Assembly (NCBI GenBank): GCA_043228905.1
Contig: JBHGNT010000014.1
Location: 1,922,001 to 1,986,000, forward strand
Reading direction: 5' to 3'
Length of the DNA stretch: 64,000 nt
From: Azolla caroliniana
Taxonomy: Eukaryota; Plantae; Polypodiophyta
Shown: positions 1-10,089 of the stretch, one piece after another
Layout of the letters: every line of letters starts with the position of its first letter
Position numbering within the stretch: position 1 is the stretch's first letter
Notes under the pieces: generated by a model
What the model saw: the letters and a program-made list of their open reading frames with translations, nothing else
The model's database searches: none
Told to the model about the DNA's origin: nothing
Program-made: the position numbers and the translations under genes

Positions 1-268
1 TCGATCGCCAATTGGAATTGGTCATATCCGGAGTAGAGATCGCCAATGGAGTAGATGGACCGGCCCGCAAACGCTTCGGCAAATTCGTCCACGCTCGGAC
101 CGATTCCGGCATTTCTAATTGTCACCTTGTTGACGGGTTGAAGATCTTGGATGAATCGCAATGATCCATTCTTCTTCGGCACCGTGAACCACCTATTGGA
201 ATAAGGAGCATTCAACGGTTCTAGAATTCCCATACTCACCTTCTCCTTTAAGAGCTCGATCAGCTTTT
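1..268 (-). mobile_element. Ty3/gypsy reverse transcriptase fragment (runs off window start)
   Basis: Manual minus-strand translation IELLKEKVSMGILEPLNAPYSNRWFTVPKKNGSLRFIQDLQPVNKVTIRNAGIGPSVDEFAEAFAGRSIYSIGDLYSGYDQ matches the gypsy RT N-terminal motifs (VPKK..LR...D...VN, DL.SGY.Q). Confidence 0.85.
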
Positions 269-578
269 TGGCTGTGGTGCTTGTGGTGAAAATCTTTTTC
301 AAATTTCCCCAAGCATCCTTCGGCGTTTTCGCATACCGAATATAGCTTAGAAGTTGTTCACCCACACAAGCTGCAAAGCAGTAGAGAACTCTGCTCGCCG
401 ATTGTTCCCAAGCCGGGAAGTCTTTGTGTGTTGAATCGGGTGCTGTGTCATTTGCTCTGTCGACATAGATCCGATATCCATGCCCAAGCAGGTACTAGTG
501 CATCTTGTACAACCAAGACGCATAGTTGTTTCTGTCGAGCTTCTCAGTTGGAAGCGAGCTAGCCATGCCTCTATCCAT
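269..578 (-). pseudogene. Ty1/copia gag N-terminus (degenerate)
   Basis: MDRGMASSLPTEKLDRNNYASWLYKMH*YLLGHGY...KTPKDAWGNLKKIFTTSTTA; homologous to the gag at 3236 and the gag starts near 34650 and 35850; one internal stop. Confidence 0.85.
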
Positions 579-655
579 TTTGTTTTCCTTGTTCTTTACA
601 AAGGTTAGGTTTTCTTCTGAAGCTAATGTCGGCTGCAAAGGTTCTCAACCCTCGC

Positions 656-667
656 GCTCTGATACCA
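656..667 (-). promoter_or_regulatory. Primer-binding site, tRNA-iMet
   Basis: gctctgatacca is the reverse complement of TGGTATCAGAGC and abuts the LTR terminus. Confidence 0.9.
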
Positions 668-1956
668 TGTGAAAAGAACAACGTGCGGAAGCAATAGAAA
701 GCGGAACGTAGGAAAAAACGCAGGTTTAATGGAGAGCTTGGACACACACACAATACGCGGGGGGGGGAGAGAGAGAGAGAGTCAATACACACAACTCTAT
801 TCAAAAAATAATATTCAGTTTGTACATAGAATGTGCTCAGTGAGCACTTTTATACAAGTCCGTACGGACTGACAGAAGTACTGACACGTACTTCAATGCT
901 CATAAATGAGCTCTACAGTAACTCCCAAAATATATTCCTACGTGGAATACCTTTCCAACGGCCTCACGGTTTACACACCGCTACGGCTTCTCATTGCGCA
1001 CTAGTTTGCGTAACAGTTTACGCACCCGGTTTACGCACCGATCTGGCCCAAGGTTGTTAGGTACGTTAGGTACGGTACGGATACCATACGTATTTAACGT
1101 ATTAATACCCGTATAGTACCTCCCAATTTAAAAATACGTTAAATACGTTTTGTTAATATGTTAAATACTTACAAAATAGGTATTTTACCTATAGTACGTT
1201 AAATACTTCTAGAATTTGAAAATTATTTAACTTTCTAAAAAATATCTATAATATTGTAAAAAATATCTATGTTTACACAATTTTGTGATGTACAATATAG
1301 TTCTACATCCTAAAATGCATATAAGACATTTGAACATTTCACATCCTAAAATACTTGTAGTAATATGGATGTCGACATTCCCTTATTCTATAAATCAGTG
1401 TAAGTGTGTATCACGATGTTCTACTTCAAATTGTAATTATTTACAATTATGCCTTCATAGATTGAGGAATGGTCTACGATTATCACACTCATGATAGGTT
1501 TCTCTTTTCTTCATTTTCTTCTTCTTCTTCTTCTATCTTTTGCGATTATCACACTCAAGACAGATTTATGTCTTCTTTTCTCTCTTCTTCTTCTTCTTCT
1601 TCGTCATCTTCTTCATCATTGTCTCTTCTATTCTTCTTCCTTCCTTCCTTTGGCCTCTTTTTCACTAAAATCTTTTTTTTCCTTTTGCTTTTTGTTAGGG
1701 TTTTACTTACATTTTCTTTATAAATACGTATTATACCTGTTTTTTTATAAATACGTTAAATACGGTATTGGACAAATGTACATGATATTTGACTAAACAA
1801 CATTGAGGTATAGTACGTATTATACAAATGATGAGGTACTATATGTATTTAAACGTTAAATACGGGTACGTAAACAACCATGGTCCGGCCTTACCGATCG
1901 GTCCCAACCGATCCGGTTCTTGGCTTGCACAGCCGATTCGGCCAATGTTGAGCTTG
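668..1956 (-). repeat. 5' LTR of iMet-primed copia family, split by the MITE at 1049-1882 and missing ~14 terminal bp
   Basis: Shares blocks (gtgcggaag, ggtttaatgga, gtacatagaatgtgctcag, acttttatacaagtcc, gttgagcttg) with the LTRs at 28492, 34723, 35284 and 35948. Confidence 0.8.
1049..1882. mobile_element. Non-autonomous hAT-like element (MITE)
   Basis: Terminal inverted repeats caaggttgtt / aacaaccatg; 8-bp TSD atctggcc (1041-1048) vs gtccggcc (1883-1890); repeated subterminal TACGT/AAATACG motifs; LTR sequence resumes after it. Confidence 0.8.
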
Positions 1957-2700
1957 TATCTAAATAATCCTCTCGAGGGAGTTACATGGAATGATGCACC
2001 AGAGTTGATCACCCAGGTGCACTCTTCACTTGCAAGATTTTTGTTTCCCTGCTCACAAATGAACATGATCTCCTCTGCACTTTTCATCAGAATCCTCCTG
2101 GGTTTGACATCATTACAGACACCTTTGACCTTCTTGAGGTGTCAACAGTCTTTCTGGAAGTGTCTAGGATTTCCACAATAGAAACATGTCAGTTTGCCTC
2201 TGCACTTGGACCTGGCTTGGGACTTGTCCCTTCTTTGTGGACTCCTTTCATGGTTCCTTCTGTTGCCCATATGTTGAGTCACATTTGACTCAACTGAAAC
2301 AGGACACCCTTGTCCTTCCTTCTCGTCTCCTTTCTCAAGATGCTTGTCTTTACTACTTGCAAGGACAAGTTCTCTTCTTGACACGAGGTGCTAAGTGTCA
2401 CCACCAAGTCCTCCCAGCTGTCCGGTTGGGTACACAACAGTAGGATGGCCTACATAACATCATGAAGGGGAAACTTGGCTACCACAAGTTGACTTACATA
2501 CCCCATGAATGTGCTTACATGATCTACTATGCTTTCTCCATCCTTGTATTTCAATCTCACAATCTTCCTCATCAAAGATGTTTTGTTGAGGGCATTCTTT
2601 CTCTCATACATACCTAACAACTTCTGCCACATCTCGTAGGCATTTGTGCCATTCGCCACATGTTGAAGGACACTGACATCAACACACTGTCTAATGGTGG
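1957..2700 (-). mobile_element. Tnt1/Tork-like copia gag, zinc knuckle and protease (degenerate, truncated)
   Basis: IRQCVDVSVLQHV...LMRKIVRLKYKDGES (UBN2-type gag), CFYCGNPRHFQKDC, WVINSGASFHVTP; continues at 9167 beyond the nested insertion. Confidence 0.85.
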
Positions 2701-3085
2701 TGTTGAGAATCAAGCTCAACTTGGTCTGTGTGTGAACTCACCTTGAGAGTGAATAGACACTCCAACGGTCAAGAGTCACCATTATGTCACCACTTTGTAT
2801 TCTAGCATTTAGTATGAGTCATAGAATCATATTCTATGACACATAACTTATGAGCTTTCACATTCACCATGCTCCATGAGTCTTGTAGTTAATGAAGAGA
2901 GAGGGTGACTATATAAAGCACCCTCCTCCCACCTTGTAAAATGTCGTGTCTTACTCCTTTGTTAATATACTTTACCTTGCGTATTTTCTGTGTCTTACTC
3001 CTCTCTCTCTCTCTCTCTCTCTCTCATACACACACATAGTTCATATCTATTCTGTTGCACAGAATCCATGTCTTGATTCTTTACA
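2701..3085 (+). repeat. 5' LTR
   Basis: tgttgagaatcaagc...gattctttaca; TATA ctatataaag near 2908; direct repeat of 8786-9166. Confidence 0.95.
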
Positions 3086-3235
3086 TGGTATCAGAGCGGC
3101 TTGGTAGCTCGATCTAGCCCATCCGCGTGCGTTGTGTCCTATGCCGACGACCAAGAACCGGCTCATCGCTATTGTAGCTTCGCTACATAGCTCACATTTG
3201 AAGAGAGAAGAAGAAGAAGAAGAAGAATCGACATA

Positions 3236-6220
3236 ATGAATACTCAAATGGGGAGCACTCTCCCTACTGAGAAGTTGGATCGAAACAACTTCGCATCTTG
3301 GGAGTACAAGATGCACCAATACCTTGTCGGACAAGACTATTGGAGCTACATCAAAGGAGCGCACGAAGACCGACCCATCGAAACGGCTCCCGGATACGTG
3401 ACATGGGAGCAAGCCGCAAGCCGGGTGATGTATTACTTGGCAACATGTGTTCAGGATCACATGCTCGGCTACATTCGCGAAGCCAAGACACCGAAGGAGG
3501 CATGGGAAAATCTACGAAAGATTTTCGCGGCAAACACAACCGCAAGAAGGCTTCAACTCCGCCAAGAGTTGAACAACATTCAATAAAGGGACATGTCCAT
3601 CACGACATACACCTTGAAGATCAAGGAGCTTTGCGACTCGCTCGGCTCAATAAGCGTAAATATCGATGATGATGAGATGGTGCAAATATAACTCGGCTGC
3701 CTCGCACCACGGTTCGGCGCGATACAAACCACCATTCTAGCAAGGGAGAAATCTCCCTCCTTCTTTGAGCTCCAATCAATGCTATTGGTCGAAGAAAACC
3801 ATGTGCGTACAAGGAGCAATGAGTCGGAAGGCCACATGCTCTACACGCACTCGAACGGAGGAAGAGGACGCGGACGAGCGAGAGGCCGATTCGGCCAAGG
3901 ACAAGGTGGACGAGGTCCGACCTACGATAACAACTCCCAATTTCGGCCGCAAAACGGAAGCCAACGAGGAACCTTCGCAAGAAGGGGGAGTTTCCACTCC
4001 GGCCCGAGCCGTCAAAACGCAACCGAATGCGGATATTGCGGAAAACTCGGCCACCACAAAGAAGAGTGCCGAAAGAAGATGCGCGAATCGGCTTCCACAA
4101 ACCAAGAACTCACGAATTACGCGCACAATTCCAACTACGAAGAGTATAGCAAAATGTACGGGCACAACTCTGACTATGAAGATCGTGGCGGAATGTATGC
4201 ACACAACTCCGACCGTGGCGGAATGTTCATGATGAAACATAGAGCAAACTCTATGTTGGCCTCTACCTCAACTAGTGCCCTCAATCCGGAGGACGTATGG
4301 TTTGTTGACTCCAGAGCCTCAAACCATATGACATCTCATAAAGAATGGTTTCTCGAACTTCGAGAGCCGGAGCGACCCGGTTATGTCGAAACCGGAGATG
4401 ACACTACGCACCCGATTCGGCACATCGTCAATGTTCTGTTCGGCGAAAGAGGTAAGCAAACATACATTAAAAATGTCTTGCATGTTCCTACCATCACGAA
4501 GAATTTGGTCTCGGTCGGCCAAATGGTTGAGGAAGGGATGCAAGTACGATTCAACCAAGAAGGGTGCTTCATCGAAAAAGAGGGCCGAATCATCGCGCAC
4601 GGAAGAAGAGAGGGCCGGATGTTCATTCTCGATTTACACGAGATGAAATCCGCCATGTTCGCAAAAAGCACGAAAGCCGACTCCGACATAGAGCTATGGC
4701 ACAACTGAATCGGCCACATAAATCTCAACAAACTCAAAGCAATGAAATCGAAAGGAGTCGTCATAGGACTCCCGACATTCAAAGAGAAGGAGATTGAAGG
4801 TGTATGTGAAGCGTGCCAATTCGGCAAGCAAAACCAACACCCATTCCCAAAAAATCGGAACGTGAGCAAAGGTCTACTCGACGTAGTCCATTCCAACATA
4901 TGGGGACTGGTGCAGATGGCTACATTCGGCGGATGCCGATATTACATGCTCTTCATCGACGACTTCTCCAAGCACACATGGATCTATCCAATGCGGGAAA
5001 AGAGCGAAGTGTTTGGACACTTCCAAAGGTTTAAAAACGAAGTCGAGAAAGCCACTGGTCATCATGTATGAGGCCTTCGATCGGATGGCGGCAAGGAGTA
5101 CTTCTCGGACCATTTCACGGCATATCTCCAAAAGGAAGGAATTCGGCGAGAATTCACTTGTCGACACACTCCGCAACAAAACGGAGTAGCCGAGCACAAA
5201 AATCGGCACATCCTCAAAGTAGTTCGGGCCATGATGAACGAGAAGCATATGCCCAAGTCATATTGGGCCAAAGTTGCAAATATGGCCATCTACCTCATGA
5301 ACCAGTGCACAACATCTAGAGTGCACAAGGTCACTCCGCACAAAAAAAACTTCGGAAAGAAGCCGGACTTATCGCACACCTGGATATTCGGCACGATAGC
5401 GTACGTGCACATCCCCGACGAGAAGCGTCAAAAGCTTGACCCGAAGTCGGAGAAATGTATCCTTGTAGGATACTCACTGGAGCAAAAGGGGTACAAGTGC
5501 TACAACCCCTCAACTCGAAAATCTCGAGTAAGTGGAGACGTCGTTTTTGACGAGTCCGCATCCTGGTACGCACCAGAGACAACCTCAATTCCCACTCCGC
5601 TCGACCCGGAATCCGCCGAACAAGAGATAGAGGATGAAGATCGCCTTACACGCATGTTTGAAGAAAGTCCGATCATGACCTGATTGAGCGGACCATAAGA
5701 GCCTTTGAGCGATCAAAGCACATCACGGCCTAGCCCGAAGATGGACAAAGGCAAGGGGAAAATGTCGGAATACGAAGACGATTGCTTCGACGACGATGAG
5801 TCGACTCACTCACTCGACAGTGAGTTCGACGGCTTTGATGTACCAATCGGAGCTAAGAAAGCCCTCATCTCTGCAAATGAAAAGCTCCGTCGCTCCACCT
5901 GTGAAAAGAATCTGGTCAACCGATTTGGCTACAACAACTACATGGCATATCAATATGCCTTTATGATGAAGGTGGCGACAGTACGCGAGCCGGAAAAATT
6001 TTCCAAAGCAGCCAAGGATCCACGATGGATTGAAGCCATGAACGAGGACATGCAAGCACTACGCAAGAACGAGACATAGGATCTCATTCCCACCTCACCA
6101 CACAAAAAGGCGATCAAATGCAGATGGATTTACAAAGTGAAGTACAACGCCGACGGTTCTGTCAACCGCTACAAAGCGCGACTCGTAGCGAAAGGCTACG
6201 CACAAACACATGGAGTTGAC
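3236..6220 (+). pseudogene. copia gag-pol part 1 (gag, CCHC knuckle, protease, GAG-pre-integrase, integrase, RT start); several stops
   Basis: KLDRNNFASW, CGYCGKLGHHKEEC, WFVDSRASNHM, CEACQFGKQ, FIDDFSK, KLDPKSEKCILVGY, RYKARLVAKGY. Confidence 0.92.
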
Positions 6221-7696
6221 TGTTGGGAGACAGGTCCCTCCGGATGGGAAGGGAGAAGAACAGTGCTGATGGGAAGGGCACTTCAAATATGTGTCTCCAA
6301 TTCGGCTCCGGAAAACCTCAACTTGACGGTTTCACCGATTCGGACATGTCGGCTGATGTGGATACCAGCCGGTCTACATCCGGGTATGTAATGACATATG
6401 CAGGGGGAGCTGTTTCGTGGCAGTTGAGGCTGCAGAAGACGGTTGCATTGTCAACCACGGAGGTGGAGTACATGGAAGCTGTGGAAGCCGGCAAGGAAAT
6501 ATTATGGATGAAGGACTTCATCGGAGAGCTAGGTATCTAGCAAGATGAATACCGACTCTATTGCGACAGTCAAAGTGCCATCAATCTTGCTAACAATGCG
6601 GCCTACCATTCCCGGACGAAGCATATCCAGCGAAGATATCACTGGATCCGGGAAAGAGTAGATGACCAGGAGTTCGCACTAACGAAGATCCACATGGCCG
6701 AGAACGGGTCAGATATGCTGACCAAAGTGCTGATACCCGACAAGCTGGATGCATGCCGGAAGAGGATCAGACTAGTAAGACACCCCATGCTGGAGTGAAG
6801 GGGGAGTTTGTTGGGAGACAGGTCCCTCCAGATGGGAAGGGAGAAGAACAGTGCTAATGAACAAACTCGGCCGAGGCCAAAACCGGATGGTGTAGACCCG
6901 GTGAGAACTGGATGAGGAGTACCCGGCTACGGAGAGCCGGATGGTGTAGACCCCGTGAGAACCGAATGAGGAGTGCCCGGCTACGGAGAGCCGGATGGTG
7001 CAGACCCGGTGAGAACCGGATGAGGAGTACCCGGCTACGGAGAGCCAAATGGTGCAGACCCGGTGAGAACCGGATGAGGAGTGCCCGGCTACGGAGAGCC
7101 AAATGGTGCAGACCCAGTGAGAACCGGATGAGGAGTACTTGGCTACGGAGAGCCGGATGGTGCAGACCCGGTGAGAACCGGATGAGGAGTGCCCGGCTAT
7201 GGAGAGCCGGATGGTGCAGACCCGGTGAGAAGTGCTCACTAGATGAAGAGACATATTCGTAAATATGTTTCTGAGAGTCCATCATGGCTATATTTGTAAA
7301 TAGCCGAAAAGTCATATTAGTATAAATATGACTTAGGGCAAACTTTTAGTTGTTGTTGTCATTCTTGTTGGTGCAAGGAGAGAGAGAGCGCGTAACTGTG
7401 TACAGAGAGAGAGAGAGAGAGAAAGAGGTCGTTGCCTCTGTTGTAACCGCGCCTGTGGCGAGGATCGTGAGCACGAGGTCGTTGCCTCCGTGAACTCACT
7501 GTTGTACATTCTAACATAGTGATAGTTTGCAGCCTGTGGGCTGCCGTGGTTTTCTTCCCTTAGTTTGGGTTTTCCACGTAAACATCCTGCGTACTCGTCT
7601 CTTCTTCGTGTCGTTCATTATTTGCCATTTTCTGTGTATGATTCTAAGCTTGGTTGTGGCCGAGCGTTGCGTATAGGGAGCGCGCAGTTCTCGTCA
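6221..7696 (+). mobile_element. Internally deleted Tnt1/Tork-like copia: ~47-bp 5' LTR stub, RNase H, PPT, complete 3' LTR
   Basis: Perfect TSD ttgac (6216-6220, 7697-7701); 6221-6267 repeats the start of LTR 6809-7696; DSDMSADVDTSRSTSGY...VALSTTEVEY is copia RNase H; PPT gagtgaagggggag before 6809. Confidence 0.92.
6883..7229 (+). repeat. 54-bp tandem array (~6.5 copies) in LTR U3
   Basis: Unit ccggatggtgcagacccggtgagaaccggatgaggagtacccggctacggagag; 18-aa periodicity in the overlapping ORFs. Confidence 0.95.
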
Positions 7697-8556
7697 TTGA
7701 CTACGAAGAGACCTTTGCCCTAGTGGCAAAGATGACGATGGTACGGACCATAATTGCGCTTGCTGCAGTGAAAGGGTGGCACCTACATCAAATGGACATT
7801 AAGAACGCCTTTCTACAAGGCGAACTAGAAGAGGAGGTGTATATGATACAACCACCCAGCTTCAACTTGAGAACCCATCTGAACGTTGTATGTCAACTCA
7901 AGAAGCCACTCTACGGCCTCGAGCAAGCACCGTGTGCTTGGCATTCGAAGATAACGCAATATCTTCATCAAATCGGCTTCCGTATGTCAAAATCGGACAA
8001 CTCCCTCTACATACGAAGCGATTCCGCAAGTCCGATCATCATCGTCTTATATGTGGATGAGCTAGTCATTGGAGGTGAGCATCTTGTCGAAATCAATAAG
8101 GTCAAATCCCTCTTTTCCGACAAGTTCGAGATGGCGGACATGAAGGAGCTCCACTATTTCCTCGGCATCGAGGTAATTCGGACTCTAGTCGGAATCATGA
8201 TCTCTCAACGGCACTATATCCTCAACTTGTTATACAAGTTCGGTATAGCTGAGTGCAAATCTGCGGCAACCCCGCTCGATCGCAATCTCAAACTAGATGT
8301 GAACTCCGGCACCAAAGCGTGTGAGCTGACTCAATATCGGCAACTCATTGGGAGTCTCATCTACCTCACGATCACTCGACCCAATCTCAATTATCCAATC
8401 GGTCTCCTTAGCCAATTCATGCAAACACCGTGTGATACTCACTTGGATTGCGCTAAGCGAGCTCTACGATGCGTGAGCGGCACAATGGATTGCAGCATGC
8501 TCTCCAAGACCGTGATGCCAAGCTTGAGGGGGAGTACTGAAGACACTATGCAATAA
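7697..8556 (+). pseudogene. copia reverse transcriptase (continuation), RNase H deleted
   Basis: DYEETFA, LHQMDIKNAFLQG, KKPLYGL, LYVDE (YVDD mutated), IGSLIYLTITRP; jumps straight to the pol-terminal PSLRGS. Confidence 0.9.
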
Positions 8557-8785
8557 TGCGTGGATTCGGCAACCGCGCAATGAAGCCATGAAGAGCGGAT
8601 CTACCACGCAAAGCCGCGAAGAAAGACGTAAGCCAAAGCACAGACTTCGCAACTACGCACAACGCAAGCTGGAGCACGGATTTCGCAACTCCGCATAAAT
8701 GTGAGTTGACGCGGACTCCGGAACGCGAGTCGAAGCGGATTTCGGATACCGTCTGAAACCGACCCAACTTGAGCTTGAGGGGGTG

Positions 8786-9166
8786 TGTGGAGAATCAAGC
8801 TCAACTTGGTCTAGTGTGTGAACTCACCTTGAGAGTGAATAGACACTCCAACGGTCAAGAGTCACTATTATGTCACCACTTTTTATTCTAGTAGTTAGTA
8901 TGAGTCATAGAATCATATTTTATGACACATAACTTATGAGCTTTCACATTCCCCATGCTCCATGAGTCTTGTAGTTAATGAAGAGAGAGGGTGACTATAT
9001 AAAGCACCCTCCTCCCACCTTGTAAAATGTCGTGTCTTTCTCCTTTGTTAATATACTTTACCTTGCGTATTTTCTGTGTCTTACTCCTCGTCTCTCTCTC
9101 TCTCTCATACACACACACAGTTCATATCTATTCCGCTGCACAGAGTCCACCTCTTGATTCTTTACA
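8786..9166 (+). repeat. 3' LTR
   Basis: Direct repeat of 2701-3085, preceded by PPT. Confidence 0.95.
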
Positions 9167-9642
9167 AGTGGCCACCTCCATTCTGTTCAGAAGTTCTCAT
9201 TCAGACTCTAATACCCTTGTGGGTATTTCTGCTCCGTCAATGGGCTCATACATGTCTTTGACTATCAGGAGATCCTCCATCTTGATCTTCTAGTCCGCAT
9301 AGTTTTGAGAGTTTAGGACCATCATTCCTGGGAAGCCACTCACACCCCCTTCCATGCTTGCACCACGGGCTTTGATACTAGTTTATTGGGATTTGATCAC
9401 AGATCTGTGAGAAAGACCGACTCAGATATACACGATAACGCAGAAACAGAAAAACATAAAATAGACAAGATGTGCATAGTACACGAAATACACAGGTTTT
9501 ACGTGGAAACCCTAAATGGGAAAAAACCATGGGAGAACAGATCTTCACTATTACAATGGATATACAAGGAGAAGAGATTACAACACTCTCTCGATATAGA
9601 GTGTAACAGCCACACAACGTCAAGACTTCTACAAATGCGGCG

Positions 9643-9679
<37 letters not shown>

Positions 9680-10089
9680 CGCTCCTCATCTCTTTGTCAT
9701 TCTACAGAAACTCTATTCTACACTTTCTGTTCTACGACACTATGTTTGTCCTAACTGTATTTATGCTTATACTTAGTATGGGCTATTTACAAATACATCC
9801 TCTACTACTATTTTCCTATTACTATACTAATAATAGTAACAGTTAATCAACCGATTGGTCGACTATTTGATTCGACTAGCCGACTCTTGTGTCGACTTTC
9901 TAGTTGACCCAACTAGTTGGCCTTGTCGTCGACCATCGGGTTGGCCTGACTAGTCAATCGTGTCTATGACTTGGATCACCTACTGAACTGTCGACTCTCC
10001 ATGTCAACTCCTCTTTGTCATCGACTGTCGGCGTTCACCTCGACCAATTAGCTACTCCTTGTCTTTGACTGTCGTCTTTCAATCCAACG
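9167..10089 (-). mobile_element. Tnt1/Tork-like copia gag start, degenerate PBS (9369-9380) and 5' LTR (~9384-10089)
   Basis: Gag N-terminus LNSQNYAD*KIKMEDLLIVKDMYEPI; gctttgatacta resembles an iMet PBS; LTR has decayed TGTTGG..CCAACA ends, the acgtggaaaccc..gggaaaaaacca box and many gtcgact motifs. Confidence 0.8.

Larger units (their letters stand above)
2701..9166 (+). mobile_element. Ty1/copia LTR retrotransposon with both LTRs, inactive
   Basis: LTRs 2701-3085 and 8786-9166 (TG..CA), PBS tggtatcagagc 3086-3097, PPT ttgagggggtg 8776-8785, TSD ggtgg/agtgg; domain order gag-PR-INT-RT. Confidence 0.95.

Noticed and set aside
6772-7315. Repetitive ORFs on both strands (also 32961-33523); superficially CRISPR-like
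   Set aside because: Head-to-tail 54-bp repeats with no unique spacers, inside an LTR; the ORFs exist because the unit is a multiple of 3 without stops.
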